DNA of 57,434 nt, filler included, from Candidatus Zhuqueibacterota bacterium (GTDB lineage Bacteria > BS750m-G25), in assembly GCA_016783505.1 (NCBI GenBank). It is 3 parts of 3 records of this genome, joined end to end, with 100 filler letters (N's around TTAATTAATTAA, not from the genome) between each part and the next. Parts side by side here need not be neighbours in the genome. Positions count along the whole stretch, not along the records: positions 1 to 19,402 come from JADHWK010000041.1; 2 more parts are not named here. The stretch is one strand, 5' to 3'. Position 1 is the first letter of the stretch. The number at the start of each line of letters is the position of its first letter. Shown here one piece after another: positions 1-9,383 of the stretch. Below the pieces are notes generated by a model, which did not search any database, was not told the origin of the DNA, and saw nothing but the letters and a program-made list of their open reading frames with translations. A program made the translations under genes and the position numbers.

Positions 1-227
1 CCATTGAATATTTCTTACCAATGTCGGGAAAAGTGATTCTGAGGGTATTCAACGTTATGGGACAGGAAGTGGTAACATTAACTGATGGGTTCCGAAAGCC
101 CGGAAGTTATCGGGTGTTCTGGGATGGGAGGAATTCTGGTGGTAATACGGTAGCTTCTGGGGTCTATTTTTACCGCCTGGATGACGGGAATTTTTCCCAG
201 ACTAAAAAGATGCTATTACTGAGATGA
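1..227 (+). CDS. 3' end of a secreted protein with FlgD-Ig/T9SS-type C-terminal sorting domain (5'-truncated)
   Basis: Frame is open from the window edge ([23 protein letters not shown]...WDGRN...ASGVYFYRL...TKKMLLLR), a typical FCB C-terminal domain. Confidence 0.85.
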   Translation, partial: IEYFLPMSGKVILRVFNVMGQEVVTLTDGFRKPGSYRVFWDGRNSGGNTVASGVYFYRLDDGNFSQTKKMLLLR

Positions 228-405
228 CTGAAATTAGCATGCAGATGCATAAGTAGGGCTTTTACACTCTTTTTTAAATCGCCATATTTGTTCTGGGAAG
301 TATATTGAGAGAATTTGTTATAATATAGCATCCTTCCTCGGGTGCGTTACTCTTTCTTAACCCGAGACGGGTTAGTGGAGAAAGTAGTTATAAAAAAATG
401 GGAAT

Positions 406-438
406 AAAAAACCAGCATCTTTTCAGTGCTGGTTTTTT
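406..438. terminator. Bidirectional intrinsic terminator, copy 1 of 3
   Basis: AAAAAACCAGCA-TCTTTTCAG-TGCTGGTTTTTT hairpin with A and T tracts; near-identical copies at 8974-9017 and 9882-9914. Confidence 0.75.
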
Positions 439-516
439 AAACGGATTGCACATCACACGCGTCGAAACGAATTGTGGTAGTAACCTCATACAAAATTATC
501 GGGAAGGAGTCAAAAA

Positions 517-586
517 AATTCATAAAATTGGCCATTCAGCCATCTTTTTTCTATTGCTTATTTGGTTATTTTTATTTATCTTTTTT
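517..586 (+). promoter_or_regulatory. Sigma70-like promoter region, duplicated upstream of nagZ
   Basis: TTGCTT(554-559)-17 bp-TATCTT(577-582); aligns without gaps to 11918-11987. Confidence 0.6.
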
Positions 587-607
587 AAAATCAACTTTAC
601 ATCAATA

Positions 608-1660
608 ATGGACAAAAGAAGTTTAGGTAATATTGTTATCCTGGCTGAAGGAGCGGTCCGAAAGCGGGATTTTAAAACGGGCATCGGGGTGATTCGCTAT
701 GGCGCCGATCAGGTGGTGGCCATCATTGATAAGGAGACGGCCGGGCGTGATGCCTCTGAGTTCATCGGGTGCGGGAAAGGCATAAAAATCTTTCCCGACC
801 TCAAATCTACTTTTCCTTTAAAACCCCATACGCTTCTTTTGGGCACCTCGCCCATCGGGGGCGGAATTCCATCTGATTGGCTGAAGATCATCGAGAAGGC
901 CCTGAAGGCGGGGATGGGGGTAATCAGCGGCATGCACGAGTTTCTGTCCGAAAATCCCGGATTGGTCAAGTTGGCCCGGGAATATGGGGGGGGCATCTGG
1001 GACGTGCGCAAACCGGTTAAGGACTATCCGGTAGCCAGGGGGGCGGCTAGGGATACGGGTGTCATTCGCATCCTCACGGTGGGCAGCGACTGTTCGTCGG
1101 GCAAGATGACCGCCACTTTCGAGATGGAAAAAGAGATGACGAAAAGGGGGTATCGGGTCAAATCTATTGCCACCGGTCAATCAGGCATAATCATCAAGGG
1201 CAGGGGCATCCCCATCGACCGCATTCCCGGGGATTTCATGGCCGGGGCCATTGAGGAAGCGATTTTAGAAGAAGCCCCCGGTTGCGATTATCTCTTAATC
1301 GAAGGCCAGGGGTCTATCAACCATCCTGGCTATTCGGGGGTGGCCCTGGCCCTGCTCCACGGGGCGATGCCCCAATATCTGGTTTTCTGTCATGTGGTTA
1401 CTCGGGAGGGCATCCGAAAGTATCAGGGCTTTCCCTATCCCCCGTTAAAGGAGTTAATTCAATTGAACGAAGGGATGGCGACCCCGGTGTATCCGGCTCG
1501 CACCATTGCTGTGGCCCTGAACACCTTAGGTCTGAGTGATGCGGATAGTCAGGGGGTTATTCGTCGGATAGAGGAGGAAACGGGACTGCCCACCACCGAC
1601 CCGGTGCGGTGGGGAGCGGGGAAGCTGGTGGATGCCCTCGGGAAGGCTCAAGTAGTCTAA
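608..1660 (+). CDS. DUF1611 family P-loop protein, DgcN-like (D-glutamate N-acetyltransferase family)
   Basis: KTGIGVIRY, SGMHEFL, TVGSDCSSGKMT, ATGQSGI, DFMAGAIE, EGQGSINHPGYSGV, LLHGAMP motifs; start moved from 398 to ATG 608 because the extension covers a terminator and promoter. Confidence 0.85.
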   Translation: MDKRSLGNIVILAEGAVRKRDFKTGIGVIRYGADQVVAIIDKETAGRDASEFIGCGKGIKIFPDLKSTFPLKPHTLLLGTSPIGGGIPSDWLKIIEKALKAGMGVISGMHEFLSENPGLVKLAREYGGGIWDVRKPVKDYPVARGAARDTGVIRILTVGSDCSSGKMTATFEMEKEMTKRGYRVKSIATGQSGIIIKGRGIPIDRIPGDFMAGAIEEAILEEAPGCDYLLIEGQGSINHPGYSGVALALLHGAMPQYLVFCHVVTREGIRKYQGFPYPPLKELIQLNEGMATPVYPARTIAVALNTLGLSDADSQGVIRRIEEETGLPTTDPVRWGAGKLVDALGKAQVV

Positions 1661-1991
1661 CCTGTCAATAGTGTTTTTATAATCTTTTAGAAAAGACAGC
1701 ACACAGATGACGCTGGTTCACACATGTTTTCACGGATTCTTTTTATTTTTGTATCTAGAATAAGATGAAATTAAATGCAATTGTAAATTATCATTATTTT
1801 GGTTTTATGATTTATATTATCAATCTGTGTGAATTCGTCCCGAAGTTTCGGGATGTCATCCGTGTTCTATTTCGATTCGTTAGATATACCTTAGTGGCTG
1901 AACTGCTACAAAATTGTTATCCAGAACCGTCTCTTTAGAGCGGTTCTAAAAATGCTTATGGATCTGGAAGATCTTCTAATTTTAGGATACC

Positions 1992-3023
1992 ATGAAGTTA
2001 ATTTATGAACCCTTGAAGTTGAGGACGCGGGAGACGTTCCGGATCACCCACGGTGCCACCCAGGTGGCCAATAACGTGCTGGTGAGAATTACCCAAGAGG
2101 ATGGTCTCGAGGGAATAGGGGAAGCGGCCCCCCGATGGTATTACGACGAGAGTCAGCGCTCTGTAATTTCTTTTCTTAAAAAATTGGGCGGTGAGCTTAG
2201 CCAGGATCCCTTTGATTTGGAAGTGGTCTCTTCCTTTTTAAACGGCCTTTCAGCAGCAGGTTCTTCGGCCAAGGCGGCGGTGGATGTAGCCCTCCACGAT
2301 CTAATCGGAAAGATACTGGGACTCCCCCTCTATAAATATCTTGGGCTTTCCCCGGAAAAGACTCCTTTGACTTCGTTCACCATCGCTATGCATGCCATCA
2401 CCAAAATGGAGGACCTGGCCCGGGAGGCGGGGGATTTTCCCGTCCTCAAGGTGAAGCTGGGTAGCGGGGATGATAGGGACGTTATCCGTCGCATCCGGGG
2501 GGTCACCGACGCCGTCATCCGGGTGGATGCCAACGAAGCCTGGAAAACCGATGAAGCAATTGAGAAGATCAATCAACTGGCTGAGTTTGACATTGAGTTT
2601 GTGGAGCAGCCCCTTCCTGCCGGGGACCTTGAGGGCTTGAAGGAAGTCAAGGCCAACGTGGATGTCCCCATCTTTGCCGACGAAAGCTGCAAAGTCCCGG
2701 CGGACATTCCGAAGGTGGCCGAGGCTGTGGATGGGGTCAATATCAAGGTGGCCAAGTGCGGGGGTTTAAGGGAGGCACTGAAGATGATCCACACCGCACG
2801 GGCCTGTGGGTTAAAGGTGATGATTGGGTGCATGATCGAATCCTCGGTGGGCATCACTGCCGCCGCCCACCTTTCCCCACTGGCCGACTATGCCGATCTG
2901 GATGGGAACCTTCTTATATCAAACGACCCTTTTGAAGGGGTTAGGGTTGAGAAAGGAAAATTAATCCTGCCCCAAGGGCCGGGTATCGGGGTTGTTAAGA
3001 GAATCCATGCAGTTAAAATGTAG
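1992..3023 (+). CDS. Enolase-superfamily dipeptide epimerase (L-Ala-D/L-Glu epimerase / DgcA-like racemase)
   Basis: GIGEAAP, KVKLG, VDANEAW, FVEQP, ADES, NIKVAKCGG, GCMIES, DLDG motifs. Confidence 0.9.
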   Translation: MKLIYEPLKLRTRETFRITHGATQVANNVLVRITQEDGLEGIGEAAPRWYYDESQRSVISFLKKLGGELSQDPFDLEVVSSFLNGLSAAGSSAKAAVDVALHDLIGKILGLPLYKYLGLSPEKTPLTSFTIAMHAITKMEDLAREAGDFPVLKVKLGSGDDRDVIRRIRGVTDAVIRVDANEAWKTDEAIEKINQLAEFDIEFVEQPLPAGDLEGLKEVKANVDVPIFADESCKVPADIPKVAEAVDGVNIKVAKCGGLREALKMIHTARACGLKVMIGCMIESSVGITAAAHLSPLADYADLDGNLLISNDPFEGVRVEKGKLILPQGPGIGVVKRIHAVKM

Positions 3024-3327
3024 CCGCACCCTGAAGGCTCGGGGTGCGGGGATATCATTCAGTCGGGCGTCAGTCGGGAGGGCCTGTTGCAGAACTATCG
3101 CAATTGATAATTTAGGGGTTATGTTTGAACCGCTCTAAAGAGCGGTTCTGGTTAACTAGTTGTTAAAGAAAGCTTTAACCAGAACCTTATCCCGATGCTT
3201 CGGGATAGGTTCCGCCCCTTGCTGGTTAGGCAAGATCTTCAGACGGAAAATCAAGGATCTCTGGGTTGTGCCACAGACCAGGGAGCCTGACCGGCCCGAC
3301 CAACCGCAGGCATTAAGCCTGCGGCTA
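3020..3327. repeat. REP/REPIN-like cluster
   Basis: GTAGCCGCACCC..GGGTGCG at 3020 and inverted CGCAGGCATTAAGCCTGCGGCTA near 3306-3327; internal GAACCGCTCTAAAGAGCGGTTC palindrome related to 1921-1947. Confidence 0.55.
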
Positions 3328-3747
3328 AAACTACTTGATATTGGTAACCCATCAAAATCAGGGTGGTCAACCACTTGTGGTCCACCAGCGTGAATTTGAA
3401 ATTGCCGTTTCAAGCCCTAAGGAACCCGCTTGCAGAGGAGTGTTATCACATTGAGACAGAAATGAGTTTAGTTGTGTCTGAAGAATTGGTGCGGGGGGGA
3501 GAAAAGTAACCGCGAAATTTATTTGCGCGAAAATATCAGCACTTGAAGGGTTTCGCGTTACCCCCATTTTTGCGGTTACAAGATCCCACAGACTTACAAG
3601 AATTGGTTCATTATTCTTCCTTTGCTAAAGAGCTATTCAAATACTCTCCCATCGTCAACATGCCATTACCATATCTTCTGGACACTATTGGAAATGATTT
3701 TGTCAGAATCAAAAGAATTGGGAGCATAGCTGAGGGGTAACCGAGAG

Positions 3748-5547
3748 ATGGGGAAACAAAGAAAGCAAAACAAAATCTTAATCGTAGTATCCATTGGTAT
3801 CTTTTTTTCAATGGCCGTTTTCTTCCTTGACTGTGGCAAGAGGAAAGAAGTTTCGGAAGTCAATGTGCTTGCCAAGGTGGGGGATCGGATCATCACCGAT
3901 GAGGACTTTCGGATCAGCTACGAGCTCTGGCCGCGCTACTCCTGGGGAACGAAAGGGATGGATGCTAAGTGGGAGCACCTAAATACCCTAATTGAAAAGA
4001 AGTTGGTCGCCTTAGAGGGAATCAGGCGGGGGATTGACCAACAGGAGCCCATCCGGGAAAGGTTGAAATGGTATCAGAAGAAGGCTGCCATTGAACAACT
4101 CTATAAGCGAGAAATCAGTGAGAATGTTGAAATTACTGAGGCGGAAGCGAGGGAGGCCTTTCTCAAATATAATGAAAAAATCAGGGCTCGGCACCTGTTC
4201 GCTGAAACCTTAGATGAGGCCTTAAAGCTACGTGATCGCCTGTTGGCTGGGGAACGCTTTGAGGACGTGGCCGCTGAGATCTTTACAGATCCTACCCTAC
4301 GGGCAAACGGGGGGGACCTGGGGTTTTTCACCTGGGGGGAGATGGACGAGGATTTCGAAAAGGCCGCCTTTTCCCTGATGCCGGGGGAGTTATCGGAGCC
4401 GGTGAAGACCAGATGGGGTTACCACATTATCAAAGTAGAAGAGCGCCACCGCAACGCCATTATCACCGAATACGATTTTTATCAGAAAAAAAACCATATT
4501 GATTTTATCTTGAAAAGGAGAAAAGAAGAAAAATTGTCCCGGAAATACATCAAGGATTTTATGGACGATAAAAAGGTGGTGTTGAAGGGAAAGCCGTTCG
4601 GCTTTCTGGTGCGGACGAGTCGGGAGAAGTTAGGCCCTCCCGAACAACCCATTCCCCCCTACCTGCCCAAGTTGTTGGACCGGGAGATCGGTGAGGTGAA
4701 GGAGGTCATCGAGGACCATCTGGATGAGGTGTTGGTCACCTTTGAAGGAGGGCACTGGACCATTGGCGATTTTTTTGAAAAGCTGCGTCCCGTCCCCCCG
4801 AGCGAACGGCCGTTGCTGTCCAGTTTTACCGGTCTGAAAAATGGTATCGGGGTTATGGTGAGGGATGAATTTCTGGCCAAGGCAGCCTTCAAAAAGGGGC
4901 TTCATCATTCAGATGAAGCTAAAACTGAAGTCCAAAAACAGCAAGAAGATATTCTGTTTGGCCGACTGAAAACCAGCATTTTGGATACGGTCACGGTGAC
5001 TGAAGGGGAAATGCTTTCTTATTTTCAACAAAACAGGGATGATTATGATATTCCTGAGATGGTAAACGTTCGGGAGATTTTTGTTCGGGACAGAAGCACG
5101 GCCGAGGACCTTTTGTCCCGAATTAAAGCGGGGGAGGACATGGCCGCGTTGGCACGGGAGTATACCCTGCGCACCTGGGTCAAAGACAAGGGTGGGGAGT
5201 TCGGCTATTTTCCCCGGGGTCGGCACGGGGAGATCGGTCGCTTGGCATTTTCCCATCAGGCTGGGGACCTGGTAGGCCCCATCGAGATTGCTGGGGGACC
5301 CCCCCACGGGGGCTATTCTATCTTTAAGGTCATCGGGAGAAAAGATAGTCAGGAAAAATCCTTTGAGGAAGTTCGGGATGAGGTGCAAAAGGATAAGTTT
5401 AAGAAGAAGAAAAAAGCCGTGTGGGCGGATTTCGTGGCCTCCCTCAGGGATCGGTATCCGGTTGAAGTGGATGAGGACCTGCTGACCTCCGTTCCGGTGA
5501 CCGACACCCAGGGCCGGCCATCGCCGATGGTGGTCATTCGACGTTAA
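3748..5547 (+). CDS. Peptidyl-prolyl cis-trans isomerase with two parvulin (PpiC) domains, membrane-anchored or lipoprotein
   Basis: IRARHL, NGGDLGFF, FEKAAFSL, PVKTRWGYHIIKV; second domain VNVREI..KGGEFGYF; hydrophobic N-terminus followed by Cys. Confidence 0.85.
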   Translation: MGKQRKQNKILIVVSIGIFFSMAVFFLDCGKRKEVSEVNVLAKVGDRIITDEDFRISYELWPRYSWGTKGMDAKWEHLNTLIEKKLVALEGIRRGIDQQEPIRERLKWYQKKAAIEQLYKREISENVEITEAEAREAFLKYNEKIRARHLFAETLDEALKLRDRLLAGERFEDVAAEIFTDPTLRANGGDLGFFTWGEMDEDFEKAAFSLMPGELSEPVKTRWGYHIIKVEERHRNAIITEYDFYQKKNHIDFILKRRKEEKLSRKYIKDFMDDKKVVLKGKPFGFLVRTSREKLGPPEQPIPPYLPKLLDREIGEVKEVIEDHLDEVLVTFEGGHWTIGDFFEKLRPVPPSERPLLSSFTGLKNGIGVMVRDEFLAKAAFKKGLHHSDEAKTEVQKQQEDILFGRLKTSILDTVTVTEGEMLSYFQQNRDDYDIPEMVNVREIFVRDRSTAEDLLSRIKAGEDMAALAREYTLRTWVKDKGGEFGYFPRGRHGEIGRLAFSHQAGDLVGPIEIAGGPPHGGYSIFKVIGRKDSQEKSFEEVRDEVQKDKFKKKKKAVWADFVASLRDRYPVEVDEDLLTSVPVTDTQGRPSPMVVIRR

Positions 5548-5549
5548 AA

Positions 5550-6536
5550 GTGATGGTAACCGAATTGATGAATGGTTTTATATTGGGGGTTGATGGGGGT
5601 GGGACCAAAACCGTATGGGCCCTAACCCATTCTACGGGTAGGATTCTCATCCGTAGGGAAGGAAGAAGCGCCAACTTTCAGATCTTAGGGGAGGAAGGGT
5701 TGAGGGATGTCCTCGCCGAAGAGGGGTTCCAGACATTGAGGGAGGCCGGGGTATCCCCTGAAGATGTGGCGGTAGCGTTCTTGGGATTAGCCGGGGTGGG
5801 CAGGGAAAGGGACCGGGTCCAGGTGGCCCAAATGGCGGCCCAGATCGGTTTGGCCCGGGGGGTTTTGGTGGACTCCGACGCCCGGATCGCCCTGGCTGGG
5901 GCTTTCGCCGGGGAGCCGGGCATTATCCTGATAGCGGGCACCGGCTCGATCTGTTATGGGATAAACGAGGAGGGGGAGATGGCCCGCAGCGGGGGCTGGG
6001 GCTATTTGCTGGGGGACGAGGGAAGCGGATACTTCCTGGGCCAACAGGCCTTGATCGCCGCCCTGAAAGATTTTGATGGCCGGGGACAAAAGACCGAACT
6101 ACGACCCGTCCTTGAAGAAAAATTTGGGGTGGAAAATATAAGCCTGATTATCCCGGCTGTGTATTCCGGGAAGATTTCCCGGGAAGCGATTGCCGGCCTG
6201 GCCCCACTTGTCTTTGATACAGCGGATCGGGGGGATGCGGTGGCACGGGAGATCCTGCAGAGGGCGGGTTTGGCGCTGGCCGGGCTAACCAGGGCGGTGG
6301 CGGTCAGACTAGGGTTGACAGGAAAGTTAATCCGCCTGGCCCTCATTGGGGGTCTTTTTAGCCGAAAGAGGTGGTTTATCGGTCCCATCAGGGAGGAACT
6401 AGGCGCCCTTTCCCCTGGGGTCGAGATTGTCAAACCTCAACTTGAACCGGTCCTTGGAGCTGTCCTTCTGGCTCTGCAAGCCTGCCATATTACCCTTACG
6501 AAGGATATCCTGCGTAACCTCTCCAGATCTTCTTGA
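5550..6536 (+). CDS. murK: BadF/BadG/BcrA/BcrD-family N-acetylmuramic acid / N-acetylglucosamine kinase (MurK-like)
   Basis: GVDGGGTKT, GLAG, DSDA, IAGTGS, GGWGYLLGDEGSG motifs; neighbours namZ and murQ. Confidence 0.75.
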   Translation: MMVTELMNGFILGVDGGGTKTVWALTHSTGRILIRREGRSANFQILGEEGLRDVLAEEGFQTLREAGVSPEDVAVAFLGLAGVGRERDRVQVAQMAAQIGLARGVLVDSDARIALAGAFAGEPGIILIAGTGSICYGINEEGEMARSGGWGYLLGDEGSGYFLGQQALIAALKDFDGRGQKTELRPVLEEKFGVENISLIIPAVYSGKISREAIAGLAPLVFDTADRGDAVAREILQRAGLALAGLTRAVAVRLGLTGKLIRLALIGGLFSRKRWFIGPIREELGALSPGVEIVKPQLEPVLGAVLLALQACHITLTKDILRNLSRSS

Positions 6537-6729
6537 TAAACCTAAGGTAGTCCCCGATTGAAATTGGGGTTTGGTCCATGTTTAAATTTCCTGAAGTCGA
6601 TTTCTTTGAATTTTATTGGGAATCGGTTTTAACCGATTTTGAAATTAATAGACGCCCTTGCCGGTCGGTGACTCGCTTAGGGGCAGGCCGAATTTATTCG
6701 GTGGTCTTAAAGACATAGGGAGATAAATA

Positions 6730-8010
6730 ATGCAAAAGAAAATTCGAATTTATCACTATGCTTTTTTCTTACTATTCTTGGGCTTAATGGGAAAGGATGG
6801 TAGGGAAAGAGTATATGGAGAGGAAATGCATCGAAATAACGACATAAAAGTTAAGCCTGGCGTAGAAGTTCTTTTAGAAAAAAAATTAGATCTGTTGGCG
6901 GGGAAAAGGGTGGGTCTGATCACCAACCCCACCGGGGTGACTTCAAACCTCATGTCCACCATTGACGTGCTGGCGGAACGACCTGAATTTAAACTGATTG
7001 CCCTGTTCGGTCCCGAACACGGCATCCGGGGAAACGTCTGGGGCGGACAGAAGGTTAAAAATTTTCGCGACCCAAAAACCGGGATTAAGGTCTACAGTCT
7101 CTATGGGAAGGTTTTTAAACCCACCGGCAAGATGCTAAAAAAGGTGGATGTATTGATCTTTGACATACAGGACATCGGGATTCGGCCTTACACCTACATC
7201 TACACCATGGCTTACGCCATGGAGGCGGCCGCCGAGTTTGGAATCCCTTTCATTGTGTTGGATCGGCCCAATCCTCTGGGGGGAGAATTGGTGGAGGGGC
7301 CGGTTTTAGACCTTAGGTTTAAGTCATTCATCGGGCTTTACCCCATCCCCTATATTCACGGGATGACGGTGGGGGAACTGGCGAAGTTATTTAATGAAGA
7401 ATTCGGGATTAATTGTGACCTTAAGGTCGTTCCTATGGAAGGTTGGGAGCGGCGGATGAACTTCGGGGATACGGGCCTGCCCTGGGTTCCCCCCTCCCCC
7501 CATGTATCACACTGGCAGACGGTTTTCTACATTGCTGCTACCGGAGGCATCGGGGAATTGGGGACCCTCTCTGAGGGGGTAGGAACGCCCCAGCCTTTCG
7601 AGCTGATTGGTGCTCCGTGGATCGATCCAGAAATCCTGGCCGCAGAACTGAACGCCAAAAATTTGCCCGGCGTACTCTTCCGGCCGACCTATTATAAAAG
7701 TTTCTATTTCCGATTCATCGAGGAACCAGTCCCCGGGGTTCAGCTCCATATTCAGAATTTTAGAACCTTTCAACCCTTTACGACCCAGATTCACCTCCTT
7801 TGCGCCTTAGCTAAGCTTTATCCCCACTTGCCTTTCTTGGAAAAATTAGAGGGGACAGAAGGAAAACACGGATTCTACCGGGCCGTGGGGACGGATCAGG
7901 TTGAAAAGGATCTGCGGGCCGGGAAATCGGCCCCCGAGATCATCGCCAGTTGGGAGGATGGCCTTCAAAGATATATGAAAATTCGAGAGAAATATTTAAT
8001 GTATAAATAA
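6730..8010 (+). CDS. namZ: Exo-beta-N-acetylmuramidase NamZ (DUF1343/YbbC), exported
   Basis: VGLITNPTG, LFGPEHGIRG, YSLYG, FDIQDIG, VLDRPNPLGG, HGMTVGELA, WVPPSP motifs. Confidence 0.92.
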   Translation: MQKKIRIYHYAFFLLFLGLMGKDGRERVYGEEMHRNNDIKVKPGVEVLLEKKLDLLAGKRVGLITNPTGVTSNLMSTIDVLAERPEFKLIALFGPEHGIRGNVWGGQKVKNFRDPKTGIKVYSLYGKVFKPTGKMLKKVDVLIFDIQDIGIRPYTYIYTMAYAMEAAAEFGIPFIVLDRPNPLGGELVEGPVLDLRFKSFIGLYPIPYIHGMTVGELAKLFNEEFGINCDLKVVPMEGWERRMNFGDTGLPWVPPSPHVSHWQTVFYIAATGGIGELGTLSEGVGTPQPFELIGAPWIDPEILAAELNAKNLPGVLFRPTYYKSFYFRFIEEPVPGVQLHIQNFRTFQPFTTQIHLLCALAKLYPHLPFLEKLEGTEGKHGFYRAVGTDQVEKDLRAGKSAPEIIASWEDGLQRYMKIREKYLMYK

Positions 8011-8032
8011 TTGATTATCTTTTAGGAGAAAA

Positions 8033-8947
8033 ATGGGACGGGAAATTTTCGATGAGATTAAAGATCTGATCACCGAGAAACGGAATCCGGCCACCATGGG
8101 TATTGATTCCAAGTCCACGGAGGAAATCTTAACCTTGATTAATAGCGAAGATCAGCGAATTCCCGAAATTGTGCGGTCGGAAATCCCTTACATCGCCAGC
8201 GCCGTTGAACTGGTGGTGGCGACCTTCAAACGGGGGGGGCGGCTATTTTACGTCGGTGCCGGGACCTCGGGCCGGCTGGGGGTTTTGGACGCATCCGAAT
8301 GTCCCCCCACCTTCGGCACCGACCCCGAAATGGTGCAGGGGATGATCGCCGGGGGATACGGGGCCTTAGTGCGGGCGGTGGAGGGGGCTGAGGATAAAAG
8401 GGAAGATGGAGGAAAGGATCTGACCGAACAAGGGTTTACAAAGGACGACATTCTGGTGGGTATCGCCGCCAGCCGCCGCACCCCCTACGTGATCGGAGCC
8501 GTGGAGAAGGCCCGGGAATTGGGCGCCATGACGATCTACCTTACCACTACTCCCCGGGAAGAGATGAACATTCCGGTGGACGTGGCCATCTGTCCAGTAG
8601 TGGGTCCCGAGGTGGTGATGGGCTCTACCCGGATGAAATCGGGCACCGCCCAGAAGTTAATCCTTAACATGATAACCACCACCGCCATGATCCGGCTGGG
8701 CAAGGTCTACGAGAACATGATGGTGGACCTGAAGATGACATCCCAGAAGCTAAAGGAACGCTCCAAGCGCACGGTGATGATCGTCACCGGGGCGGACTAT
8801 GACGAGGCGGAACGGGTGCTGAAATTGGCCCACGGCCACGTGAAGACAGCCTTGGTGATGATCCTGGCCGGGGTGGATAGAGAGGAGGCATTAAGAAGAT
8901 TAGTAAAAAGTGGGGGGTTTGTAAGAAAAGCGATAGAAGGGGGTTGA
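8033..8947 (+). CDS. murQ: N-acetylmuramic acid 6-phosphate etherase
   Basis: TEKRNP, GAGTSGRLGVLDASECPPTFG, AVEGAED, GPEVVMGSTRMKSGTAQK, GKVYENMMVD. Confidence 0.96.
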   Translation: MGREIFDEIKDLITEKRNPATMGIDSKSTEEILTLINSEDQRIPEIVRSEIPYIASAVELVVATFKRGGRLFYVGAGTSGRLGVLDASECPPTFGTDPEMVQGMIAGGYGALVRAVEGAEDKREDGGKDLTEQGFTKDDILVGIAASRRTPYVIGAVEKARELGAMTIYLTTTPREEMNIPVDVAICPVVGPEVVMGSTRMKSGTAQKLILNMITTTAMIRLGKVYENMMVDLKMTSQKLKERSKRTVMIVTGADYDEAERVLKLAHGHVKTALVMILAGVDREEALRRLVKSGGFVRKAIEGG

Positions 8948-8973
8948 ATAGAAAGAAAGCTCAAAAATGAAAT

Positions 8974-9095
8974 AAAAAAAAAAAAAAACCAGCATCTTTT
9001 CGGTGCTGGTTTTTTTTGTGTAAGTTTCCTATGTAGTTATCGTTGAGGGTTTTTATCAGGTGATAATATCCGCAGGATTTTGGAGAAGGCGTTTA
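8974..9095. repeat. ~115 bp direct repeat (terminator plus conserved tail), copy A
   Basis: ACCAGCATCTTTTCGGTGCTGGT...TTTTTATCAGGTGATAATATCCGCAGGATTTTGGAGAAGGCGTTTA matches 9882-9999. Confidence 0.8.
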
Positions 9096-9383
9096 TCTGC
9101 CATGCGCTGCTTTCGTTATCTTTTCTTGGAGCCAAAAGTTAATCAGCGTCTCAATTGATACACCTTGCTGGCGCGCCTGAGCCCGCAGTTGAGCGATTAA
9201 GTCCTTCGCCACAGCACAATATATCTTACTTGAACGGAGGTTTATCTGCACATCCACATCTTCCATGAAGTCTTCGTAGTCGGTGGTGTTATGGGTGTCC
9301 CAGAACGCCCAAAACTCTTCAAGCGAGTCAAAGTTTTCCGGTAACGGATCACGTTGCGGGGTTTGTTTCTTACTTTTTGTCAT
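9093..9383 (-). CDS. brnA: BrnA-like / CopG-family antitoxin
   Basis: LPENFDSLEEFWAFWDTHNTTDY, then ribbon-helix-helix-like ARQQGVSIETLINFWLQEK; overlaps the upstream toxin gene. Confidence 0.75.
   Translation of the reverse strand: MTKSKKQTPQRDPLPENFDSLEEFWAFWDTHNTTDYEDFMEDVDVQINLRSSKIYCAVAKDLIAQLRAQARQQGVSIETLINFWLQEKITKAAHGR

Noticed and set aside
398-607. 70-aa N-terminal extension of the DUF1611 ORF
   Set aside because: It runs through a terminator and a promoter duplicated elsewhere; ATG 608 matches the family start
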